Shown here piece by piece: positions 36,663 to 46,108 of a stretch of 64,000 bases of DNA; within the stretch, counting starts at the first letter, position 1; every line of letters starts with the position of its first letter. Source of the DNA: an uncultured Anaerolineales bacterium (GTDB lineage: Bacteria > Chloroflexota > Anaerolineae > CG2-30-64-16); NCBI GenBank assembly GCA_964513075.1, contig CAZELR010000006.1, positions 5,031-69,030 of the forward strand, read 5' to 3'. Under the pieces are notes generated by a model, which saw only the letters and a program-made list of their open reading frames with translations, did not search any database and had not been told where the DNA came from. Made by a program: the position numbers and the translations under genes.

Positions 36663-37382
36663 TCAAGGCTTCACCAAGGCCGCATCAATAGCCGCCCTGA
36701 AGGCGCTCACGGGTTGCGCACCCTGAAGCTTCTGCCCATTAATGAAGAAGGTCGGCGTCGCGTTCACGCCCAACGCAGTGCCCTCTGCTGTATCGCTCGT
36801 TACCTTCCCCAGGTGTTGGCCGTCGTCAAGGCATTTATTAAACTGCGCCGTATTCAAGCCAAGCTCGGCCGCGTACTGCTTAAGCGCCGCCCGGTTAAAT
36901 GGGTCACTGCTAACGCCCTGCCGGGCAAATAGTACATCGTGGTAATCCCAGAACTTGCCCTGATCGGCAGCGCACTCAGCGGCAAGGGCCGCCCCGCGCG
37001 TGGTTGTGCCACCAATGATGAAATGCTTGAACTCAAAACGTACTTTCCCTGTTGACTCATACTCTTCGCGCAGCTGTACACCCTGATTCGCGGCAAAGGC
37101 GGCACAATGGCTGCACCCGAAATCGGAGTAACCCACAATCTTCACGGGAGCATCGACTGGGCCCCAAGCAGCGCCCTCGCCGACGCGATCGGTCGCCACA
37201 ATCGGCGCCTGCGTAGCCCGAATTGCTATCCAGATCAAACCGGCCGCCACCAGCACGACTGCCGCCATCACGCCCAACAATAGTCTGCGCGAGCTTGCAG
37301 AGGTCCTGGCTGGAACCTTGGCCGGCGCTCTCGCTGCGCCCTGCGGCTTACTGTTCTTGGGCAACTGTGTTCGCTTCGCCAT
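36663..37382 (-). CDS. DsbA-family thiol-disulfide oxidoreductase, membrane anchored
   Basis: N-terminal TM, SDFGCSHC, QGKFWDYHD, GVNATPTFFING. Start 37382 lies 8 nt after GGAGAG. Confidence 0.88.
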   Translation of the reverse strand: MAKRTQLPKNSKPQGAARAPAKVPARTSASSRRLLLGVMAAVVLVAAGLIWIAIRATQAPIVATDRVGEGAAWGPVDAPVKIVGYSDFGCSHCAAFAANQGVQLREEYESTGKVRFEFKHFIIGGTTTRGAALAAECAADQGKFWDYHDVLFARQGVSSDPFNRAALKQYAAELGLNTAQFNKCLDDGQHLGKVTSDTAEGTALGVNATPTFFINGQKLQGAQPVSAFRAAIDAALVKP

Positions 37383-37444
37383 CTTCATTACTCTCCAGCA
37401 AACAGGAATGGGTTCCGTGGCAACCACTGGCGCCACAAAGAGTT

Positions 37445-37501
37445 AGTATACCATAAGCAATTCAGGCGTCAATTGACAAACCGGTGCCTTTGCCTTATCA
37501 T
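37445..37501. promoter_or_regulatory. Back-to-back divergent sigma70-type promoters (dsbA and the O-antigen-ligase operon)
   Basis: On +: TTGACA 37473-37478, 17 bp, TATCAT 37496-37501. On -: TTGACG 37472-37467, 16 bp, extended TGG-TATACT ending at 37445. Confidence 0.72.
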
Positions 37502-37535
37502 GTCTGAGCTTCAGGCCGAGAATAGACGCTGACAC

Positions 37536-38972
37536 ATGAACGCTTATCTGCCCTTTCCTGGCAACGCCTCTCGCAGCAAACGGTTCGTTGCGGGTGGTAT
37601 TCTGCTGGGATGTCTGGTCTATCTGCTGGCCAGGGCGCCGCTTGGACTGGCCGCAATAGGTTTAGCCGCGGCATTAGCTGTCACCAGCATACTTCTTTCG
37701 CCGACGATAGGGATTGTGCTGGTAGCTACAGCGATACCGTTTGGCAGATTGATGCCGGTCCTACCCGGCATCAATCTGGTGGATGTGCTGGTCGGATTCA
37801 CGCTGCTCGCCTGGCTGCTCCAGGGCATGGCCAGGCGGCGAATCGTCTTCCATCCCCCTCCCCTTACGTGGCCCTTGCTGGCGTTCGTGTGGGTGTGCGG
37901 TCTCAGCCTGACCCAGGCAAGCTCGTGGCGAGAAGGCGTGACCGAATGGATGAAGTGGGTGGAGTTTGCCGTACTCTATCTCTTGGGCGCACAAGTACTG
38001 AACCGGCGCAGCAATCGGATCGTGATCGCCTCGCTCGTGCTCGCAGGTATCGCTCAAGCAGGCATCGGTGCTTATCAGTTTTTGGGCCAGGTGGGGCCTG
38101 AGGCCTTCACCCTGTCGAGCCGCTTCCTGCGCGCTTACGGCACTTTCCAACAGCCCAATCCTTACGCCGGCTATCTCGGTTATCTGGCGCCGCCGGCTGT
38201 CAGCTTGGCGGTTGCTCTGGGAGGGCGTTGGTGGGCCAGCCGGCGGCCGCGTGACCTGGCCGCTGCTGCGGGGTGGGCGGTTAGTGGCGGTGCGTTAGGT
38301 GCTGGCATTTTGATGAGCTGGTCGCGCGGCGCATGGATTGCGCTGACAGCGAGCATGGTGGTAGTAGCGGGTCTGCGGAGCCGGCGGAGTACAGCAGCAA
38401 TACTTGCCGCGGGGCTACTTCTGGTCCTGCTCACGACATTAGCGGGAACGGGCTGGCTGCCCAATAGCGTAGTCTCTCGAATCAGCAATCTGGGAAGCAC
38501 ACTTGTCGGTTCCGATCTGGCGCAGACGGAAATCACCGATGCTAATTTCTCGGTGCTGGAACGTTTGGCTCATTGGCAAGCCGGCATAAGGATGTTTGAG
38601 GATCATCCATGGCTTGGGGTCGGCATCGGAAATTTCGGTGTGACCTATACCGCATATGCCCCGCCCCACTGGTACGAGCCGCTGGGTCATGCGCATAACA
38701 TATTCATCAACTTCCTGGCCGAAACCGGCGCGCTGGGCCTGGGCGCCTTTGGGGTCTTTTGGCTCGCGATCGGTTGGCTGACGGGGCGCCAAGCCATCCG
38801 CGGGAACAGCTATCAACGCGCGCTGGCGTTGGGCATCCTGGGCACTTGGGTCTATCTCAGCATACACAGCATTTTTGATAATCTGTTCGTACAACATATC
38901 CAGCTTCAATTAGCTCTGCTGTTGGCCGCGCTGACAGCCGAAAATACGCAGACCATCTTGAGGACACATTGA
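37536..38972 (+). CDS. O-antigen ligase / Wzy-like family membrane protein
   Basis: Multi-TM with RAYGTF.QPNP.AGYL, SWSRGAW, ER..HW, GVGIGNF, HAHN. Confidence 0.85.
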   Translation: MNAYLPFPGNASRSKRFVAGGILLGCLVYLLARAPLGLAAIGLAAALAVTSILLSPTIGIVLVATAIPFGRLMPVLPGINLVDVLVGFTLLAWLLQGMARRRIVFHPPPLTWPLLAFVWVCGLSLTQASSWREGVTEWMKWVEFAVLYLLGAQVLNRRSNRIVIASLVLAGIAQAGIGAYQFLGQVGPEAFTLSSRFLRAYGTFQQPNPYAGYLGYLAPPAVSLAVALGGRWWASRRPRDLAAAAGWAVSGGALGAGILMSWSRGAWIALTASMVVVAGLRSRRSTAAILAAGLLLVLLTTLAGTGWLPNSVVSRISNLGSTLVGSDLAQTEITDANFSVLERLAHWQAGIRMFEDHPWLGVGIGNFGVTYTAYAPPHWYEPLGHAHNIFINFLAETGALGLGAFGVFWLAIGWLTGRQAIRGNSYQRALALGILGTWVYLSIHSIFDNLFVQHIQLQLALLLAALTAENTQTILRTH

Positions 38973-39469
38973 CGAGCAACGTGATACCCAATCGATTACC
39001 ACCGTTCATTGCCTGGCTCTTACGCCTACCCATCATCAATCGTATGGGGTTCGCCAGCCGGCCCAATGAGTTCATCCGCTTCTTGAAATTCGCTACCGTC
39101 GGGGTGATCGGCATGGGAGTCGATCTCTCCGTGTTAACTATCTCACGTGAGGTGCTACACTTGCAGCTGCCGGTTGCGGTGGGCTGTGGCTTCAGTGTGG
39201 CCGTGCTAAGCAACTTCACCTGGAACCGATTGTGGACCTTCCCGGAAAGCCGGCTGCGCCCGCTGACCGGCCAGCTCATGCAGTTTGTCGCAATCAACAT
39301 CATCGGCCTGGGCATCAACGAGTTGGTAGTGCTGGGGCTTCACCCGGTCTTTTCCAAGTTACTGCACGATCCGGCGGCCTATCTGGGCGCCAAAGTGATC
39401 GCTATCGGCATCGTCCTGTTCTGGAATTACTTCGTCAACCGTGCCTGGACATATCGGGGCATCGAATAA
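38969..39469 (+). CDS. GtrA family protein
   Basis: Motifs RFLKFATVG..G..VD, SNFTWNRLWTF, WNYFVNR.WTY. Confidence 0.88.
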   Translation: MTSNVIPNRLPPFIAWLLRLPIINRMGFASRPNEFIRFLKFATVGVIGMGVDLSVLTISREVLHLQLPVAVGCGFSVAVLSNFTWNRLWTFPESRLRPLTGQLMQFVAINIIGLGINELVVLGLHPVFSKLLHDPAAYLGAKVIAIGIVLFWNYFVNRAWTYRGIE

Positions 39470-39558
39470 GAACACCTCGACGAACAAAACGCAGCTTTAT
39501 GCGCCGCGGCCGCACTCATTGCTTCTTCACACACTAAGCGTTTTGCAGAGGTGAAAAC

Positions 39559-40686
39559 GTGCACATCACGATAGACTACACTCCGGCTTTGCGCCAATCC
39601 GCCGGGATTGGGCGTTACACGCGCGGACTTGTCGCGGCCCTGGTCGAGTCGGACGGAGACAATCAATACACGCTGTTCTGCGCAGGCGAGGCCCCCGCAC
39701 TTCTCTCTTGGCCCGCCAATGTCGAAGTGCGAACCAGTGCGGTGCCGGCACGCTGGCTTACAGCTGGATGGCATCGGCTTGGGATACCTCTCGCAGCTGA
39801 ACGATTCGTCGGCGAGTGCGACATCTTCCATTCGCCCGACTTCACCCTACCGCCCCTCCGGGAGGCGAAAGGTGTTGTCACCGTCCATGATCTTTCTTTC
39901 CTCCGTCTGCCGCAATACGCCGACCCAGGACTATGCGCATATCTGACTAAGACTGTCCCACGCTCGGTTGAGCGTGCAGTGCGCGTGCTCGCGGATTCCC
40001 AAAACACAAAAAACGACTTGATCGACCTCCTGGAGGTTCCACCGGACAAAATCTCCGTGGTGCCCGGAGGGGTAGAGCCGCGCTTTCGGCCGGTGCGGGA
40101 TACGGTAAGGCTTGCTGAGGTGCGCAGTCGCTACAACCTGCCCCAGTGGTTCATATTATCGGTGGGGACCATCGAGCCACGCAAAAACTTCGCTCGCTTG
40201 ATCGCTGCCTACGGGCAGTTACGCCGCCAGACAGGGCTTCCCCACGCGCTGGTGGTCGCGGGCAGGAATGGCTGGCTATACCAAGATATTTACGATCAGG
40301 TAGCAAAAGAGGGCTTGAACGAGCATGTGCGCTTCATTGGTTTCGTGGCGGACGACGATCTGCCCGCGCTCTACACCCTGGCCGACCTGTTTGCCTTTCC
40401 CTCCCTGTACGAAGGGTTCGGCTTGCCTCCACTAGAAGCAATGGCGTGCGGCACACCGGTGGTGACCAGCAATCGCTCCAGCCTGCCTGAGGCAGTGGGG
40501 TCTGCGGCATTGCAGGTAGAGCCCGAAGACAACGATGCCCTCGCGGATGCGATGGCGCGGGTACTGGGCAATGCCAATCTGCGTATGCGTCTGGCGGACC
40601 TGGGTCGGGCGCAGGCGGCTCGCTTCACGTGGAAGAGCGCAGCCGCGAAGCTTTTGGAAGCTTACCAATTGACAGCAACAAGCTGA
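39559..40686 (+). CDS. Glycosyltransferase family 4
   Basis: Motifs GIGRY, TVHDL, VGTIEPRKN, FPSLYEGFGLPPLEAMACG.PVV.SN.SSLPE. Confidence 0.92.
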   Translation: MHITIDYTPALRQSAGIGRYTRGLVAALVESDGDNQYTLFCAGEAPALLSWPANVEVRTSAVPARWLTAGWHRLGIPLAAERFVGECDIFHSPDFTLPPLREAKGVVTVHDLSFLRLPQYADPGLCAYLTKTVPRSVERAVRVLADSQNTKNDLIDLLEVPPDKISVVPGGVEPRFRPVRDTVRLAEVRSRYNLPQWFILSVGTIEPRKNFARLIAAYGQLRRQTGLPHALVVAGRNGWLYQDIYDQVAKEGLNEHVRFIGFVADDDLPALYTLADLFAFPSLYEGFGLPPLEAMACGTPVVTSNRSSLPEAVGSAALQVEPEDNDALADAMARVLGNANLRMRLADLGRAQAARFTWKSAAAKLLEAYQLTATS

Positions 40687-40699
40687 GAGGAGCCGCATA

Positions 40700-41347
40700 T
40701 TGCTCGCTCGCATCACCAACCGCCCGTCCTCAAGCCGCCGCTGGATCGTGCTAACGGCTATCGGGATTCTTGGCGTGGTTGGCTACTTCAGCCCTTGGAT
40801 CCCGCACAAGGCCGCCGGTTTAGTCATTACAGGACTCGATTTGGCAGAATACGTTAAATTTCTGCCCGAGGTCATGTCTGGGCAAACCCCGTTGCGACGC
40901 GAGGCGTTTTACGTACCGTTAGCAGCAGGCAGCCTCATCGCCACGCTTCTCGCCAGTCGTCCCAAGCTAGGCATCCTGCGAGGACTACTGTTCCTGGCAG
41001 CGATTACTTTGGCGCTGGCACAGTTGCCGCCCGCCTGGAGCCCAAGCGCACTGCGGGCGCCTGAGTTTCGCACCCAAACCATGGCCATCCTTCTTTGCCT
41101 GGCTACGATACCACTGGTCATGCTTATCAGATACCTGCCAGACCGACTGATTCTGGTCAGCGTCAGCTTGCTGGCGCTGGTCGCTGCTTTATGGCCGGCA
41201 TGGAGCTTCTTGCAGGTGCGCCCCGCGATTGCTGCCGCCTACAACACGCCGTTGCCACTAGGATGGGGCTTCTGGACTTGCCTGGTCGGATACGCCGGGC
41301 TAGCATTTCTCAGCCTGGCCTTTGCGCTCGAAAGGCGCTCAAGGTAA
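40700..41347 (+). CDS. Hypothetical membrane protein
   Basis: About 6 TM helices; TTG start after AGGAG; operonic position. Confidence 0.65.
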   Translation: MLARITNRPSSSRRWIVLTAIGILGVVGYFSPWIPHKAAGLVITGLDLAEYVKFLPEVMSGQTPLRREAFYVPLAAGSLIATLLASRPKLGILRGLLFLAAITLALAQLPPAWSPSALRAPEFRTQTMAILLCLATIPLVMLIRYLPDRLILVSVSLLALVAALWPAWSFLQVRPAIAAAYNTPLPLGWGFWTCLVGYAGLAFLSLAFALERRSR

Positions 41348-41348
41348 A

Positions 41349-41795
41349 TTGAACAACGAACCCTGGCCGGCCCAACCCGGGACTTATATGCTAGTGCTGA
41401 AGGCCAACGAGCCGCTGACCATTCAGGTAGGCCAACTGGGGAAATTCCAGGTGTCGCCTGGGTGCTACGCCTACGTCGGCAGCGCGCAGGGGCCGGGCGG
41501 TCTGCGAGCACGCGTGGCGCGCCATCTACGGCCGGTTAAGCGTCACCACTGGCACATCGACACCCTGACCGCTGCGCTGCCGGTGGCAGCGGTGATCACC
41601 TCTACAAACCCGCGTGACCTGGAGTGCTTGTGGGTGCGTCGCTTACTGGCCCTGCCGGGCACTACCGCCCCCATCCCTGGGTTCGGCAGCAGCGATTGTC
41701 GCGCCGGCTGCCCTGCACACCTGATAAAGATGCCAGCAGGATTCGATTGGGAGACATGGGACACTGATGACAACTGCCGATCAAGGGCAACCTGA
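41349..41795 (+). CDS. DUF123 / GIY-YIG (Uri superfamily) nuclease
   Basis: Motifs GTYMLVL, YAYVGSAQGPGGLRARVARH, HWHIDTL, FGSSDC...CPAHL. TTG start at 41349 inferred. Confidence 0.8.
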   Translation: MNNEPWPAQPGTYMLVLKANEPLTIQVGQLGKFQVSPGCYAYVGSAQGPGGLRARVARHLRPVKRHHWHIDTLTAALPVAAVITSTNPRDLECLWVRRLLALPGTTAPIPGFGSSDCRAGCPAHLIKMPAGFDWETWDTDDNCRSRAT

Positions 41796-42411
41796 CATCG
41801 CACAACTGCTGATCAACGCGATCCGCACGGAGGATGACACTGCCGCCGAGCGCGCCGTGAAAGCCTTTGCGGGCCGAAGCGATCTGTTGCCGGCACTGCG
41901 CCCCCTCCTGGCTGATACCGACATGGATCGACGCTGGTGGGCCGTACGCACGCTGGCTGTTATAGGTGGCGCCGAGGCTGCGGCCGCAGCGGTCGAACAC
42001 CTGGAAGATCCTGATGAGGCAACACGCTGCGCGGCTGCGCTGGCGTTAGGCCAACTGGGCGCGGCTGCAGCAGTGCCGGCGCTGATTGCTCGGCTGGCAG
42101 ATTCCAGCGGATGGGTGCGCGACTCAGCCGCCGACGCGCTGGCGCTGGTCGGTGAACCTGCGTTGCCAGCGTTAGTGGCCGCGTTGGCTTCGCAGCATGA
42201 CGGCGTTAGAGTGCGCGCCGCGGCCGCCCTGCGCAAAATAGCCATCCCCAAGCTGAGCGGGGTGCTCGTCACTGAATATCCCCCGCCTTATTGGCTTGCG
42301 GTCAATGCCCTATTTGTAGCACTCAATGACCCCAACCACTTGGTGCGCCATAACGCTTATGAGGCGCTGGATCATCTGGGGTTGCTGGAGAGCATGCTGG
42401 TTGCGCCGTGA
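41767..42411 (+). CDS. HEAT/PBS-lyase repeat protein
   Basis: Repeats of VR..AA.AL..LG...AVP.L...L.D. Confidence 0.85.
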   Translation: MTTADQGQPDIAQLLINAIRTEDDTAAERAVKAFAGRSDLLPALRPLLADTDMDRRWWAVRTLAVIGGAEAAAAAVEHLEDPDEATRCAAALALGQLGAAAAVPALIARLADSSGWVRDSAADALALVGEPALPALVAALASQHDGVRVRAAAALRKIAIPKLSGVLVTEYPPPYWLAVNALFVALNDPNHLVRHNAYEALDHLGLLESMLVAP

Positions 42412-42414
42412 TAC

Positions 42415-42999
42415 TTACCGCGTGACGACGAGCCATACATTAAAATGGTCACGCTCCAACAAGAGCTGATGGGCACCTTGAGCTTCAAATAGCGCCGCCA
42501 GATCGGCCGGCGCCAGAAAACGACTTCCCATCAGCAACACCTTTTCCATCAGCGCTAGCAGCTTAACTCCCTGCCGCGTGATGTCAGGCTCCTCTACTAC
42601 CAAACGACCGCCAGGCCGCAACACGCGCAGCAATTCGGCCGCGGCTGCCGGTTGGGCCAGGGCCGGGGATGGCGCTACGAAATGGTGAAAGGCATCCACC
42701 ACAAGCAGCCGGTCAATGCTGGCATCGGGGAACGGCAGCCGCAGCACGCTGCCCAAAACAGCCATCAGCGCTTTCTCTCGCGCGCGCCGGACCATCTGGG
42801 GTGACAGGTCGTATACCACCACACGCGCGTCCTCGGCGACCAGACCTATGGCGCGGCGCCCAGTGCCGCCTCCCACATCCAAGACGAGCTGGCCGGGCGC
42901 AACAGCCAGTAACTTCTGCAGACGGTCGTCCTCCGGCCTGCTGAAGATCCGATCGTACCATCGTGCAATGACATCAAAATGATCGAAGGGAAGCTTCAT
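42415..42999 (-). CDS. Class I SAM-dependent methyltransferase
   Basis: Motifs VLDVGGGTG, YDLS..M, LPFPDASID, LRVLRPGGRL. Confidence 0.88.
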   Translation of the reverse strand: MKLPFDHFDVIARWYDRIFSRPEDDRLQKLLAVAPGQLVLDVGGGTGRRAIGLVAEDARVVVYDLSPQMVRRAREKALMAVLGSVLRLPFPDASIDRLLVVDAFHHFVAPSPALAQPAAAAELLRVLRPGGRLVVEEPDITRQGVKLLALMEKVLLMGSRFLAPADLAALFEAQGAHQLLLERDHFNVWLVVTR

Positions 43000-43763
43000 C
43001 GCATCAGTGTCAGCATACGCTTGCCTATAATTTGGCGGAAGTTGGCTCCCTGACCCACCGCTGCCAGCACCGCAGGGATATCGGTCACCACCGTGCCTGA
43101 GATCGCGTCGACACCGTAGTCAAACAGAAGCGGTGTCAGGGGAGTTGTGGCGCCCAAGACCAACACATAGGCTTCAGGGCGGCATAAGGCTGCCAAACTC
43201 TCAAAGGTGCCGTTTACTAACGTCATCCCAGTGATCGCCACTACGTCGGCCTGAGGGAGCACGGCAGGCGCCTCAGAAGCAGGCAGATCGCCTGGACCAG
43301 GATTAAGCTCCAGCACCCAACACCTGTCGGCTGCCTGATACACCTCGGGTACAAAGGGGAAGTGGCCCACGATGGCCACCCTGCGCCCGCTGCCCCGCTC
43401 CAGGATCAACTTCTCGGCATTGCGATCAACGCACGCAGCTAAATCCACCTCCAGCAACGCATTGAAAGCCGCAAAGCCGATACTCCGCTCTGTCAAGCTC
43501 TCGGAGCGCATCCAGCCCGCCAAATCAAATGCAGGCAAACCGACGAGTTTGCCTGCGTCGCGCACCGCCGGTTGGCCATGTTCCAAGTCATGCACGATCT
43601 GCGTCGAGGCCAATCCCGCACGCGTGCCGCGCACAGTCTCGACCACCACAACGGTCCAATGCGTGCCGACGCGGATATCGACCACAGGGCCATTCAAAGA
43701 TCGCGCAGCCAATAACCGATCGATCAACGCCGCGCGGTCACTCCCATTCGCTGATTCGTTCAT
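42996..43763 (-). CDS. DUF364 family (Rossmann-like) protein
   Basis: Motifs G.HWT.V, SIG.AA.NA, VAIVGHFPF, VLEL, ADVVAITG.TLVNGT...L, LG.TTPL. Confidence 0.8.
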   Translation of the reverse strand: MNESANGSDRAALIDRLLAARSLNGPVVDIRVGTHWTVVVVETVRGTRAGLASTQIVHDLEHGQPAVRDAGKLVGLPAFDLAGWMRSESLTERSIGFAAFNALLEVDLAACVDRNAEKLILERGSGRRVAIVGHFPFVPEVYQAADRCWVLELNPGPGDLPASEAPAVLPQADVVAITGMTLVNGTFESLAALCRPEAYVLVLGATTPLTPLLFDYGVDAISGTVVTDIPAVLAAVGQGANFRQIIGKRMLTLMR

Positions 43764-43774
43764 TCGTTGATTTC

Positions 43775-46048
43775 CTACCCAACCATGCTGAGTCCAATCC
43801 GCCCGCGCTCACGGTCAATGCTGATCACGGTGACATCGACCACGTCGCCTACACTCACTACCGCGTGTGGGTTCCGCACGAACTGCTTGGCCATCTTGCT
43901 GACGTGCACCAGCCCATCCTGTTTGACGCCGATATCGACAAAAGCGCCAAAATCAACAACGTTACGCACCGTGCCCTTCAGAACCAGCCCCTCGGCCAAG
44001 TCGTCAATGCTCAGCACGTCGCGGCGCAGGATCACTGGCGGTAGATCTGAACGCGGGTCGCGGCCCGGCCGCAACAACGCCTCCACGATGTCATGCAAAG
44101 TCGGCTCACCGATGCCGAGAAGCGAGGCGGTGGCCGACCAAACATCGGTCCCATTTTCCTCGCACCACTTTCGAAGCCGCTCCGGGAGGTCATGCATGCG
44201 CAGGTTCAGGCCTGCAAGCTCTAGCAGCGCCCTGGTGGCGTCATAGCTCTCCGGATGGATCGTCGTATTGTCCAGTGGGTTGCGACTATCCGATACACGC
44301 AGGAAGCCGGCGGCCTGCTCGAACGCCTTCGGTCCCAGTCCTTTCACCTTCTTGAGTTCGGAGCGCGAAGCAAAGGGGCCATTTTCATCCCGGTGTGCGA
44401 CGATGGCGCCTGCCACCTTCTTGCTGATGCCCGCCACGTAGCTTAGTAGCGCCGCTGATGCAGTATTGACGTCAACACCAACATAATTGACGACTGACTC
44501 CACTACCGCATCTACCGCCCCGGCCAGCGTCTTCTGGTCCACGTCGTGTTGATAGAGGCCCACACCAATGCTTTGTGGATCAATCTTGACCAGCTCGGCC
44601 AATGGATCCTGCAACCGCCGGGCGATCGAAACCGCGCCGCGCATAGAGACGTCCAGATCGGGGAACTCAGCGCGAGCCACATCGGACGCGGAGTAAACCG
44701 ACGCGCCCGCTTCACTGACCATCACATAAGCAAGATGAGACGCAGTCTGCACACGGCTGGACGCGGACGAACGCGGATTATCTTTTTGATCTGCTCTGTG
44801 TGAATCCGTGTGAATCTGTGTCCCCTGAATCAACTCCGCGACTAACGCCTCGGTCTCACGACTGGCAGTGCCGTTTCCGATGGCGATCACGCTGATCCGG
44901 TCCTGGTCGATCAACCCAGCAAGAATGTGCAGCGATTTGTCGCGGTCGTTGCGCGGCTCGTGGGGGTAGATCGTGGCTGTGTGTAGCAGCTTGCCGGTGG
45001 CATCTACTGTCGCCACCTTGCAGCCGGTACGGAAACCAGGGTCGATACCCATCACAGCGCGCTCCTTCAGCGGCGGCTGGAGCAGCAAGTTGCGCAGATT
45101 GGCTGCAAAAACCTGGATGGCATGATCATCAGCGTAATCGCCCAACTGCCCACTCACCTCGCGCTCAACCGAGGGGCGTAGGAGGCGCTCGTAGCCATCT
45201 TCAACGGCCAGGCGCACCTGCTGTCCCGCAGCCGTTGCCGGCATTGCAATCCAGGCCGCGGCCACATCGTTGACGATGGAAGCATCAGGGGTTTCGATAG
45301 TCACCTTAAGGCTGCCGTCCGCCGCTCCTCGCTTGAGCGCCAACCATTGGTGCGGCTGGACTGCTCGGAGCGCAGTGCGGAACTCATAATAGACGCGATA
45401 ACGCCCCTCCTTATCAGCATCATCGTCCGCGCGCCGGCTGATGACGAATCCCTCCGCGGCGAAACGCCGGCGCACCAGGCCCCGCGTCGACGCATCGTCG
45501 CTCGCCTGCTCCCCAAGGATATCGCGCGCACCGGCCAGGGCAGCCGCCGCATCCGGCACCTGGTCGGTAATATACTCCGCAGCCCATTGTAGGGGCGATC
45601 CCTCCATGGTCGCCGTGGCAGAGGCAGACACGAGGGCGCCGCCTCGACATGCGGCCAGTAACACCTGCGCCAGCGGCTCCAACCCGCGCTCACGCGCGAT
45701 TTGGGCGCGAGTCTGGCGCTTGGGCTTATAGGGGCGGTAGAGGTCCTCCACGGCCTGAAGCGTAGCTGCAGCGTCCAGTTGCGCGGCCAGTTCGTCAGTC
45801 AGCTTGCCCTGCTCGGTAATCTCAGCCTTCACCGCTACCTTGCGTTCAGCCAGCTTGCGCAGGTAGTCCAGTCGGGTTTGGATGTCCCGAATCTGCACTT
45901 CATCCAGCCCGCCGGTAACCTCCTTGCGGTAACGCGCAATGAAGGGGATGGTGTTGCCGTCGTCCAGGAGCCTAACGGTGGCAGTGACCTGGGAAACGGA
46001 AATCTTAAGCTCGTGAGCGATGAGTTCGTTGATGGGAGGTAGAATCAA
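43775..46048 (-). CDS. tex: Tex-family transcription accessory protein (YqgF-like, HhH and S1 domains)
   Basis: Motifs IPFIARYRKE.TG.LDE, GIDPGFRTGCK, IGNGTASRETE, EAGASVYSAS, LQDPLAELVKIDP, FGAFVDIG. Confidence 0.95.
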   Translation of the reverse strand: MILPPINELIAHELKISVSQVTATVRLLDDGNTIPFIARYRKEVTGGLDEVQIRDIQTRLDYLRKLAERKVAVKAEITEQGKLTDELAAQLDAAATLQAVEDLYRPYKPKRQTRAQIARERGLEPLAQVLLAACRGGALVSASATATMEGSPLQWAAEYITDQVPDAAAALAGARDILGEQASDDASTRGLVRRRFAAEGFVISRRADDDADKEGRYRVYYEFRTALRAVQPHQWLALKRGAADGSLKVTIETPDASIVNDVAAAWIAMPATAAGQQVRLAVEDGYERLLRPSVEREVSGQLGDYADDHAIQVFAANLRNLLLQPPLKERAVMGIDPGFRTGCKVATVDATGKLLHTATIYPHEPRNDRDKSLHILAGLIDQDRISVIAIGNGTASRETEALVAELIQGTQIHTDSHRADQKDNPRSSASSRVQTASHLAYVMVSEAGASVYSASDVARAEFPDLDVSMRGAVSIARRLQDPLAELVKIDPQSIGVGLYQHDVDQKTLAGAVDAVVESVVNYVGVDVNTASAALLSYVAGISKKVAGAIVAHRDENGPFASRSELKKVKGLGPKAFEQAAGFLRVSDSRNPLDNTTIHPESYDATRALLELAGLNLRMHDLPERLRKWCEENGTDVWSATASLLGIGEPTLHDIVEALLRPGRDPRSDLPPVILRRDVLSIDDLAEGLVLKGTVRNVVDFGAFVDIGVKQDGLVHVSKMAKQFVRNPHAVVSVGDVVDVTVISIDRERGRIGLSMVG
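44751..44823. repeat. In-frame inverted micro-repeat element (period 10) in tex
   Basis: Left arm ACACGGCTGG/ACGCGGACGA/ACGCGGATTA; right arm CTGCTCTGTG/TGAATCCGTG/TGAATCTGTG; 17 of 20 positions pair on +. Confidence 0.8.
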
Positions 46049-46108
46049 AATGGAAGCTCCGTTCGCGTCAATATGCCCGGCACTCTCGAAAAGCGCCGGC
46101 CAAGCAAA

